Shown here: positions 40,201 to 47,629 of the stretch, piece after piece
How the letters are laid out: each line of letters starts with the position of its first letter
Position numbering within the stretch: position 1 is the first letter of the stretch
Origin: an uncultured Bacillales bacterium
GTDB taxonomy: Bacteria; Bacillota_I; Bacilli_A; RFN20; CAG-288
Length of the DNA: 64,000 bases
Reading direction: 5' to 3'
Assembly (NCBI GenBank): GCA_949287425.1
Contig: CASEGJ010000007.1
Span: forward strand, 17,232 to 81,231
Made by a program: the position numbers and the translations under genes
The notes under the pieces: generated by a model
The model's database searches: none
What the model was told of the DNA's origin: nothing
The model's input: only the letters and a program-made list of their open reading frames with translations

Positions 40201-42341
40201 CTTCAATTGGAAGTGATGCTTTCCGTGGATGTTCATCTTTAACCTCAATTATCATTCCCAATAGTATTATTTCAATCGGAAGTTCTGCTTTTGCTAATTG
40301 TTCCTCTATTACTATTTATTGTGAAGCCGCATCCAAACCTAGTGGTTGGAATTCAAGTTGGAATTCTTCAAATAGACCAGTTGTATGGAATTGTTTAGAT
40401 GCTAGAATAACAGATGATGGATTTGTTTATCATGTTTATATAAACGAAGAAGGTGATAAATACATTATAATTGATACATTTATTGGAGTATCATCCGAAA
40501 TTAATATTCCAGACGTAATTAATGTTGACGGGGAAAACATAAAAGTTACTATTATTGCTGACTATGCGTTTGCTAATAATAATAGAATTAAATCAATATC
40601 AATAGGAAACAATGTTACAACAATTGGAAGCTCTGCTTTTCGAAATTGTTTTTACTTAACTTCAATATTTATCTCAAATAGCGTTACTTCAATAGGAAAT
40701 TATGCTTTTTATGATTGTGCTAATTTAAAATCTATAACATTTGGAGAGAATAGTCAGCTAAAAACAATAGGTGAGTATGCTTTCAGTAGTTGGTCATCGT
40801 CTTTAACTTCAATCACTATTCCAAATAGTGTTATTTCAATAGGAAATTATGCTTTCTATAGATGTACTAATCTAGAATCTATAACATTTGGAGAGAATAG
40901 TCAGTTACAAACAGTAGGCGAGCATGCTTTCTACGGCTGTTCATCCTTAACCTCAATTACTATTCCAGATAGTGTTACTTCAATTGGGAGTGATGCTTTC
41001 CGTGGATGTGCAAATCTAAAATCTATAACATTTGGAGAGAATAGTCAGCTAAAAACAATAGGTGAGTATGCTTTCTATGGCTGTTCATCTTTAACCTCAA
41101 TTATTATTCCAAGCAGTGTTACTTCAATTGGAAGTTATGCTTTTGCTGATTGTTCCTCTATTACTATTTATTGTGAAGCCTCTTCTAAACCTAGCGGTTG
41201 GGATTTTAACACCTCAAGGCCCGTCGTATGGGTTGGAGATGATATAGTAATTAAAGGTGATTTTGCTTATGTAATACGTATAGATGGTATTGAACAATAT
41301 ATAGAAATTGTTCGATATTTAGGGAATAGCAATTATGTGACTATTTCAAAAACTATTGAGATTTGTGGACAAGAAATACCAATTAAGGTAATTGGTTCAT
41401 ATGCTTTCAATGGGTGTGCAAATCTAAAATCTATAACATTTGAAGAAAATAGTCAGTTACAAATAATAGGTGAGTATGCTTTCTATGAATGTTCTAAACT
41501 AGAATCTATAATATTTGGAGAGAATAGTCAGCTACAAAAAATCGGAAGTTATGCTTTCCGTGGATGTTCATCTTTAACTTCAATTATTATTCCAAATAGC
41601 GTTACTTCAATTGGAAGTTATGCTTTCAATGGATGTGTAAATCTAAAATCTATAACATTTGGAGAGAATAGTCAGCTAAAAACAATAGGTGAGTATGCTT
41701 TCTATGAATGTTCTAAACTAGAATCTATAATATTTGGAGAGAATAGTCAGCTACAAAAAATCGAAAGTTATGCTTTCTGGTATTGTTCATCTTTAACCTC
41801 AATTATTATTCCAAGCAGTGTTACTTCAATTGGAAGTGATGCTTTCCGTGGATGTTCTAAATTAGAATCTATAACATTTGAAGAGAATAGTCAGTTACAA
41901 ACAATAGGAAGTTATGCTTTCTGGTATTGTTCATCCTTAACCTCAATTACTATTCCAGATAGTGTTACTTCAATTGGGAGTGATGCTTTCAGTGGATGTG
42001 CAAATCTAAAATCTATAACATTTGAAGAAAATAGTCAGTTACAAACAATAGGTGAGTATGCTTTCTATGAATGTTCTAAACTAGAATCTATAATATTTGG
42101 AGAGAATAGTCAGCTAAAAACAATAGGTGAGTATGCTTTCTATGGCTGTTCATCCTTAATCTCAATTATTATTCCGAATACTGTAACCACAATAGAGAAA
42201 TATGCCTTTTATAATTGTTCTGATTTAACAGTTTATTGTGAAGCCTCTTCTAAACCTAGCGGTTGGAGTTCTTATTGGAATATAACTGCTAATGGTACAT
42301 ATCCTTCAAAATGCCGAGTAGTATGGGGATACAAAGGATAA
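37245..42341 (+). CDS. Giant surface lipoprotein: Listeria-Bacteroides repeats plus BspA-type leucine-rich repeats
   Basis: 1698 aa. AGGAGG SD. Signal peptide with lipobox LASC. The N-terminal third has repeated Y.I.FDLNGG...F.GW motifs. The rest is about 23-aa LRR_5-type units (IP.SVTSIG.YAF.GCSSLTSI), grouped in modules each capped by IYCEA(A/S)SKPSGW. Overlaps the DUF2971 stop by 8 nt. Confidence 0.85.
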   Translation: MIKRNLKLATLFLLIFSFALASCSNDGKGVSSSSTNKWSDILSNISDSDDNSTSTHEHTFSSSYEYDDTYHWHPSTCGHDVQGDKEKHKFTTSITNPTYEKGGYTTYTCLVCGYSYIDNKTDALPITITWKNYDGTILEVDKNVTYGSIPSYDGSTPIRESDGVNNYYFIGWTPEVKKATESTTYTATFTDEEITYTIDFDLNGGTSNSYKGPIEVKTFSKDMFFFDCVKEDWSFRGWEYKGEKIFDENGNQLKNITLVDNMVFKAIYSQTVKLSIVSNIPGAGTITGDGEYPYNTYVDVSVKPNQGYVFIGWYYQDTLLSNTEDYKYMMWDQDITLEARFQLDSFTMHVYSNSEDLGLVLLRSNINNNYLTEYSEQRKYTSEVTIAAYSKTDVRFLGWYDENNELVTTNAVYTFVMPNHDYTLEAKWNYFKINYNLNGGTNSENNPEYFDIDDNEIILSNPTRDDKDFVGWKYNGELIDKIDSSIINNGKDITLEAVWSNYTYSILEDDNGDKYISITGWENPSEELVILETLNINGENIPIKEIGANAFKDNKKLKSVTIPNNITRIGSSAFSGCINLETINISENSHLEIIGDSAFYNCELLNFINIPNCVQTISDSAFSGCSSLTSIIINNSVTTIGNYAFSECSNLTIYCKFASKPSTWKSNWNYSNCPVIWSCEGGGIYSGLRYTIYEENNKLFITITDYLGTDQNVIIPSTISIGNEDIPVTSIDEKAFYNCNSLVSITIPDSVTMIGDSAFYGCSSLTSITISDSVTTIGSQAFNGCSSITIYCEAASKPSGWSSSWNSSYRPVVWNSLGGGIYNEFKYVILIDDNDEPYIEITDYLGSDNENVIIPNVINIGNKNISVTSIGREAFSNSSLSSIIIPNNITAIGYYAFSNCTNLESITFEENSQLTAIGEYVFSGCTSLISIIIPDSITSIESDAFSGCTNLESIIFGENSQLQIIGDYAFSNCSSLTSITIPDSVTSIGSDAFRGCSSLTSIIIPNSIISIGSSAFANCSSITIYCEAASKPSGWNSSWNSSNRPVVWNCLDARITDDGFVYHVYINEEGDKYIIIDTFIGVSSEINIPDVINVDGENIKVTIIADYAFANNNRIKSISIGNNVTTIGSSAFRNCFYLTSIFISNSVTSIGNYAFYDCANLKSITFGENSQLKTIGEYAFSSWSSSLTSITIPNSVISIGNYAFYRCTNLESITFGENSQLQTVGEHAFYGCSSLTSITIPDSVTSIGSDAFRGCANLKSITFGENSQLKTIGEYAFYGCSSLTSIIIPSSVTSIGSYAFADCSSITIYCEASSKPSGWDFNTSRPVVWVGDDIVIKGDFAYVIRIDGIEQYIEIVRYLGNSNYVTISKTIEICGQEIPIKVIGSYAFNGCANLKSITFEENSQLQIIGEYAFYECSKLESIIFGENSQLQKIGSYAFRGCSSLTSIIIPNSVTSIGSYAFNGCVNLKSITFGENSQLKTIGEYAFYECSKLESIIFGENSQLQKIESYAFWYCSSLTSIIIPSSVTSIGSDAFRGCSKLESITFEENSQLQTIGSYAFWYCSSLTSITIPDSVTSIGSDAFSGCANLKSITFEENSQLQTIGEYAFYECSKLESIIFGENSQLKTIGEYAFYGCSSLISIIIPNTVTTIEKYAFYNCSDLTVYCEASSKPSGWSSYWNITANGTYPSKCRVVWGYKG
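41416..42115 (+). repeat. Near-identical intragenic direct repeats within the LRR gene
   Basis: The 118-bp segments 41416-41533 and 41998-42115 differ at 1 nt by eye. A 54-bp block (TCTATAACATTTGGAGAGAATAGTCAGCTAAAAACAATAGGTGAGTATGCTTTC) recurs at 40731, 41022, 41649 and, with 1 mismatch, 42087. Confidence 0.85.
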
Positions 42342-42429
42342 ATAGATAAACAATATGCTTGAAAGGATAAATTCTTAGTATGTATTTAATTTTAGCTAAA
42401 AAGGAGATTTTATTGCTCCTATTTACGTT

Positions 42430-43119
42430 TTGGTATCATATTATCTTAAAGAATATGGTAATGATGATTTTATATTAGCTTATCCGGGATATTCTTCAAG
42501 GCATTCTTATAAAAATGATAATTGTTTTGCTGGTCAAAAATTTATATGTGATAAATTATATGATATTAAAGGTAATAATAATACAGGCCTATTTGCTCAT
42601 TTTATGAATCCTCAAGAAGCAAAGTATATGTCATTTTATCTTAATAAAAGATATCCTAATAGATATATGTTTTTGGATGCTTTATCTAGTAACAAGCAAG
42701 ATCATTCTAAAATGATTATTTTCTTTAGAAAAGAAGCTTATAATTTATTTTTAAACTTCTATGGAAACAGTAAAATATCATCTTTAAATATTCCAAGTCA
42801 GCTAATTAAAGCTTGTGTTATTGGTTCATCTAATCAAAGTGACAATACATATTTACATCATCTTTATAATAAAAAAGCTGATAAAGGTGAGGCAGATTTA
42901 TTTATAGTTAATAATGACTTTTTTGGCTTAGATAGCGAAAATAAAATTAAGATATTTATTAATGATTCAATAATAAACTTTATTGAAACTGGAGAGAGGC
43001 GTAATGATGATTATTTATATAGAATTCATCGGAAATTTACTGCCTCTAAATCTTTTGATATAGGTAATGGTAATAACACTTTATCTGATTTATTTAGAAA
43101 TTTTATAGTTGAAAAATAA
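42430..43119 (+). CDS. Hypothetical protein, tentatively single-HKD PLD-superfamily nuclease-like
   Basis: 229 aa. DHSKMIIFF (HxK, nt 42703-42711) and ACVIGSSNQS (GSxN) lie 37 aa apart, longer than the canonical spacing, and the motif Asp is not evident. The start is uncertain: TTG 42430 or ATT 42412 after AAGGAG. Confidence 0.3.
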   Translation: MVSYYLKEYGNDDFILAYPGYSSRHSYKNDNCFAGQKFICDKLYDIKGNNNTGLFAHFMNPQEAKYMSFYLNKRYPNRYMFLDALSSNKQDHSKMIIFFRKEAYNLFLNFYGNSKISSLNIPSQLIKACVIGSSNQSDNTYLHHLYNKKADKGEADLFIVNNDFFGLDSENKIKIFINDSIINFIETGERRNDDYLYRIHRKFTASKSFDIGNGNNTLSDLFRNFIVEK

Positions 43120-43171
43120 GATTAGTTGTCTAGTTGAATTTATTGATTGAAAGTTAATAAGGTATATTTAT

Positions 43172-44185
43172 ATGAATCAAATAGAAATGTTTTGGCAAAC
43201 ATATTTACAAATTGAAAAAGAAATGTTAGATATAGCAAAATATATTTATATTACTGATGAAAATGGCGATAAACAATTAAATGTATATTCTCCACATATC
43301 GCTAATTTATTAGTAAGAGTTTGTGTAGAAATAGAAGCAATATCAAAAGTGTTATATTATCGCTTAGGTGGTTCTAAACAACGTGGTGATAAATCGTTAA
43401 TGTTTGATACTGATTGTTTAAAATTAGTAGATATAAATTATGCTATTTCTAAAAAAGAAGTCATTATAACTTGTCCATTATTTAACATTACTAAGGATGC
43501 TAATAAAATATTTAATACACTTAAACATGCGCATAAACGGCAAGGTACAAGTTGGGAACGTGCCTATCAGGCAGTAAAACACGATAGATATTCTTCATTG
43601 AGTAAAGGAACAGTTTGTAATTTAATACATGCTATTGGTGCATTATATTTATTAAATATTTACTATAAAAACATTAAATATTGTATTAAGTATCAGGATT
43701 TTTTAACATTTGATTTTTCTTTAGGTTCATCTATTTTTTCAGTAAATAAGCCTGAAGAAAAATATGTGATAGATGTTATTAATAATTGTCAATGCCAAGC
43801 AAAATTACAATCTAATAGTAGCCCATATATTTTAAAGTATACTGATGCATCATATAAAAGAATTTTAGAAATTAACAATAAATTAGAAGAAGACATAAAT
43901 AATTTTATTAAACAGCAACCTGAATTTAATAAAGAAGAATTTTTTGATCAAATAAAAGTACAACAAGATAAAGGTCGTGTAGTACTATTTCCTGAATTAT
44001 GTAAATATCGAATTAATAAAAAGATTCCTGTCAATTTATCTTTTGAAGAAAGAAAAAAGCTTTTAATTGAAAGTGAAGAATGGAATAGTAATTTAATAAA
44101 AACAAGTATTTCTAAAAAAATGATGAAATCACAGTGGAAAACATTCAAAAAGAGATTGATAATACTGGAATATTATATGGATTAA
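43172..44185 (+). CDS. Hypothetical helical protein (possible HEPN-like Rx6H), C-terminus apparently frameshifted
   Basis: 337 aa. N-terminal helical domain with YSPHIANLLVRVCVEIEAISKVLY and WERAYQAVKHDRYSSL...NLIHAIGALYLLNIYY. After the A7 run 44114-44120, a second frame reads on plausibly to TAA 44284-44286. Confidence 0.35.
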   Translation: MNQIEMFWQTYLQIEKEMLDIAKYIYITDENGDKQLNVYSPHIANLLVRVCVEIEAISKVLYYRLGGSKQRGDKSLMFDTDCLKLVDINYAISKKEVIITCPLFNITKDANKIFNTLKHAHKRQGTSWERAYQAVKHDRYSSLSKGTVCNLIHAIGALYLLNIYYKNIKYCIKYQDFLTFDFSLGSSIFSVNKPEEKYVIDVINNCQCQAKLQSNSSPYILKYTDASYKRILEINNKLEEDINNFIKQQPEFNKEEFFDQIKVQQDKGRVVLFPELCKYRINKKIPVNLSFEERKKLLIESEEWNSNLIKTSISKKMMKSQWKTFKKRLIILEYYMD

Positions 44186-44523
44186 AATTACAAGAAAGTT
44201 TTGAAAAAGATAGAATTTCTCAAGCTACTAACAATGAAATATGTGAGTTAATTCTAGACGATGGTAATATTAAATATAGCATATAAATTGGTAAGTATAA
44301 AATTCAAAATAAATTCAGTAATAGGCTTAAAATGCACAAATATGTAGATTTGGAATTTTTATCTAAAACAATTTATTTTTAATTATTAATACGTTTTGTT
44401 TATGTATAAGTTTATAAGTATTTTTATATATGAAATTATATATAATTTTAGCAACAAAAATATTATTTCATGTGTAGGTAATAATTGTTTACCATTTGTA
44501 TTGCTTTTAAAGATAAAATAAAT

Positions 44524-44600
44524 AGCCAAATGATATGAAAAGTCGCAGCCATATGCCACGAAAATTAACAGCCAAATGCTTCGAAATTTTTAAAAAAGCC
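44524..44600. repeat. Three 23-bp phased direct repeats (iteron-like), plus a fourth AGCC half-site
   Basis: AGCCAAATGATATGAAAAGTCGC / AGCCATATGCCACGAAAATTAAC / AGCCAAATGCTTCGAAATTTTT.., starting at 44524, 44547 and 44570. AGCC occurs again at 44597. Confidence 0.7.
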
Positions 44601-44619
44601 TGATAGTTAACGGCTTTTT
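44593..44619. terminator. Symmetric hairpin with A-run/T-run flanks (bidirectional terminator-like)
   Basis: AAAAAGCC-tgatagttaac-GGCTTTTT. Confidence 0.45.
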
Positions 44620-44804
44620 CACGATTTCATAAAATGAGTAAAATACGTTAATAGAATACTAGGAAATTAATAAAACGAAAGCTTAATTTAAATAGAGAAG
44701 GTGGGCTTTCTTGAAATTTATTCGATGATTATACAAATTAAATTAATTTGTAATATATTAAAAATTTGAATTTGTATTGTATAATTAAAAAAAGGAGTTA
44801 GAGT

Positions 44805-46097
44805 ATGAAGTATCGTAGAAAATTTACTCAAGTTCTAGCTTTAGTTAGTATATTTTCTATAAGTTGTTCACCTATTAATGCTAAGGGAAATTTATTAAAA
44901 GAAGCTAAGAAAGTTGATTCAGTATTTAGTATAGGAAATGATAGTAATTTAAAGTCTCTTTTAAATAGCGCTCAAAAATTTTCTTCTAAATTAGTTAGTA
45001 GAGGAATTAACTATTTTAAATCAAATGACAATTATATTATTTCACCTATATCAGCATATCTTTTGTTAACTATGGCTTCTGAAATGACAAAAGGTAATAC
45101 TCAAGAAGAACTTTTAAAAGCTACTAACACTAATTTAGAAATTTTAAGAAGCAGTTATTCTTCCTTGTTTAGACTTTTAGAAAGAAGTTTTAAAGGAGGG
45201 GAATTTAATATTGATAATTCTATCTGGCTTAATAGCGATAGAGAATATAATCAAGATTGTTTAGATATATTAGCTAACGATTATTATTGTTCCTCTTATG
45301 AAGTTGATTTTTCAAATAACAATCAATATGCTAACCAAGCTATCACTAATCATATTGATGAAAATACCAATGGACTTTTAAAACCTAATTTTAATTTAGC
45401 TCAAGATACTCTTTTTGCTTTAGCTAATATTATTTATCTAAAAGATATTTGGAATGAATATATAGATGAACTATCTTTTCACGATGAAAAAATAGAATTT
45501 ACTAATTCCAACAATTCTAAAGTTGATAAAGATTTTTTAAATGGTTTATATGTTGTAGGTAAAACATATAAAGGTGAAGATTTTACTACGTTTTATTCTT
45601 CAACATATAATGGATATAAGTTACATTTTGTTTTACCTAAAGCTGGATATAGTATAGAAGAAGTTTTTATAGAAGATAATATCAATCAAATTATGAATAT
45701 AACTTCTTATGGCGGAATAGATGATGTAAATAAAATAAGGACATTTACCCGCTGTGTTTTTCCTGAGTTTGAAGTTAGTGGCTCTCACGATTTAGTTGAT
45801 TTTATGGTTAATGAATTTAATATTAATGATTTATTTAATCAAAATTGCGATTTAACTGGATTAATTAATAATGGTGCTAGTGTAGGCTTATTAAAACAGG
45901 AAGTTAAATTAAGTGTCAATAAAAAGGGAATTGAAGGAGCAGCTGTAACTGTAATGGCAGGGGATGAATCAACTAGTGATCCATATTCTGATTATCAATC
46001 TATTTATGAAGAATATATTGTAGATAAGTCTTTTGGTTTTATTCTAACTGATGAAAATAACATCAATTTATTTTCAGGAATAATTTATAACATTTAA
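44805..46097 (+). CDS. Serpin-family protease inhibitor with signal peptide (possible lipoprotein)
   Basis: 430 aa. AAGGAG SD. Hinge/RCL NKKGIEGAAVTVMAGDESTS. C-terminal serpin signature IVDKSFGFILTDENNINLFSGIIYN. N-terminal hydrophobic leader ending FSISC. Confidence 0.8.
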   Translation: MKYRRKFTQVLALVSIFSISCSPINAKGNLLKEAKKVDSVFSIGNDSNLKSLLNSAQKFSSKLVSRGINYFKSNDNYIISPISAYLLLTMASEMTKGNTQEELLKATNTNLEILRSSYSSLFRLLERSFKGGEFNIDNSIWLNSDREYNQDCLDILANDYYCSSYEVDFSNNNQYANQAITNHIDENTNGLLKPNFNLAQDTLFALANIIYLKDIWNEYIDELSFHDEKIEFTNSNNSKVDKDFLNGLYVVGKTYKGEDFTTFYSSTYNGYKLHFVLPKAGYSIEEVFIEDNINQIMNITSYGGIDDVNKIRTFTRCVFPEFEVSGSHDLVDFMVNEFNINDLFNQNCDLTGLINNGASVGLLKQEVKLSVNKKGIEGAAVTVMAGDESTSDPYSDYQSIYEEYIVDKSFGFILTDENNINLFSGIIYNI

Positions 46098-46274
46098 GCA
46101 ATTATAGTTATTTTTATGTATTGTTAATGTTTTTTGTTTATCAAAAGCTAGTTATTGTATTTTGATGTGATTTAATTTTAAGTACTAAAATAAATTATCT
46201 ACTTATTTTCTACCTTTTCTAATAGTTATGAATTAACTTTAGATGAATAAATAGATTAAAATATTAATGTATTT

Positions 46275-47603
46275 ATGGAACAAGAATATCATTTAGCTAT
46301 CGATATCGGTGCAAGTAGTGGGAAAGCTATCATAGGTTATCTAGATAAAAACGAAAACAAATTAGTTAGTAATGTTATTTATAGATTCCCTAACGGATAT
46401 ATTTTAGATGAAGAAAAACACAAAATATGGGACATATCTAATTTATTTACTCAAGTTAAAAACACATTAAAATACGCTTTTCAAAATTATAAAAACATCA
46501 AAACAATGTCAATTGATACTTGGGGATGCGATTATGTTTTACTTGATAAAAACGATAGAGAAATTTTACCTTGTTATTCTTATAGAGATGAAAGAACTTT
46601 AGATATAATTGATGAAGTTTTTTCAAAGTTATCTAAAAAAGATATTTTTAATATAACTGGATCTCAATTTCAAAGTTTTAATACTATCTTTCAATTATAT
46701 AAAGATAAAAAAGAAGGAAGGTTAAATAAAGCCACTAGTTTTTTAATGCTTCCAGAATATTTGATATTTAAATTAACTGGTAAAAAAGTTCATGAGATAA
46801 CTAACGCTTCAACAACATCACTATTAGAAAAAGATAGATATATTTATTCTCCAGAAATTATTTCAAAACTAGATTTACCTATAAATCTATTTTCCAAAAT
46901 AGAAAAAGTCGGTAAAGTAGTTGGAAACTTACTTCCAGATATTGAAAAAGAAGTTGGCGGAAATTTATTAGTTAAATTAGTTGCAAGTCATGATACTGCA
47001 AGTGTTGTTAGATATATTGAAAGCAATTTAGATGATAGATCATTATATCTTTCTAGTGGGACTTGGTCTTTATTAGGGGTTAAACTTGATAGATATTTTA
47101 TTAACGATGAAGTATTTAAGTCTAATTTTTCTAATGAATTAGGGAAGAATTATATTCGTTTTCAAAAAAATATCACAGGTTTATGGATAGTTCAAAACCT
47201 AGTTAAAGAAACAAATATAGATATAGTTCAAGCAATTAAATTAGCTAGACAATCTGAAATTAACGATGTTGTTATCGATATTAATGATGATAGATTTCTA
47301 TCTACTAACAATATGAAATTAGAGATTTTATCTTATTTAAAAGAGAAAGGTTATATCGATAAATTTGAAGATAAAGATCTATTTAATATCGCTTTTATTT
47401 CTTTAGCGCATTTATATAAAAAATCAATCGATGAAATTGAAATGATGTTAAATAAAAAGTTTGATAAATTGCTTGTTTTAGGTGGAGGAGCTAAAAACGA
47501 ATATTTAAATTCTTTAATTGAAAAGATATGTCAAATTAAAGTGATTAGCTATCCTTATGAATGTTCAGCTTTAGGTAATTTGCTTTCACAAATTGAGGAT
47601 TAG
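46275..47603 (+). CDS. rhaB: Rhamnulokinase (FGGY family)
   Basis: AIDIGASSGKAI N-terminal motif and FGGY C-terminal GGGAKNEYLN. Precedes rhaA and rhaD. Confidence 0.75.
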   Translation: MEQEYHLAIDIGASSGKAIIGYLDKNENKLVSNVIYRFPNGYILDEEKHKIWDISNLFTQVKNTLKYAFQNYKNIKTMSIDTWGCDYVLLDKNDREILPCYSYRDERTLDIIDEVFSKLSKKDIFNITGSQFQSFNTIFQLYKDKKEGRLNKATSFLMLPEYLIFKLTGKKVHEITNASTTSLLEKDRYIYSPEIISKLDLPINLFSKIEKVGKVVGNLLPDIEKEVGGNLLVKLVASHDTASVVRYIESNLDDRSLYLSSGTWSLLGVKLDRYFINDEVFKSNFSNELGKNYIRFQKNITGLWIVQNLVKETNIDIVQAIKLARQSEINDVVIDINDDRFLSTNNMKLEILSYLKEKGYIDKFEDKDLFNIAFISLAHLYKKSIDEIEMMLNKKFDKLLVLGGGAKNEYLNSLIEKICQIKVISYPYECSALGNLLSQIED

Positions 47604-47629
47604 ATTTATAGATCATTTTAGGAGGGAAT

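Noticed and set aside
42430-43119. PLD-like ORF as the nuclease of a restriction-modification system
   Set aside because: No DNA methyltransferase motifs (DPPY/NPPY, FxGxG, PCQ) were seen in any neighbouring ORF. The HKD assignment is itself tentative.
27551-46300. Direct repeat of the tRNA-Glu 3' end marking an attR site
   Set aside because: Visual scanning of the intergenic stretches (27.6-27.9, 28.5-28.8, 30.8-31.4, 44.2-44.8, 46.1-46.3 kb) found no copy of ATCCCGTATAGGTCACCA or a substantial part of it. This needs a computational search to be definitive.
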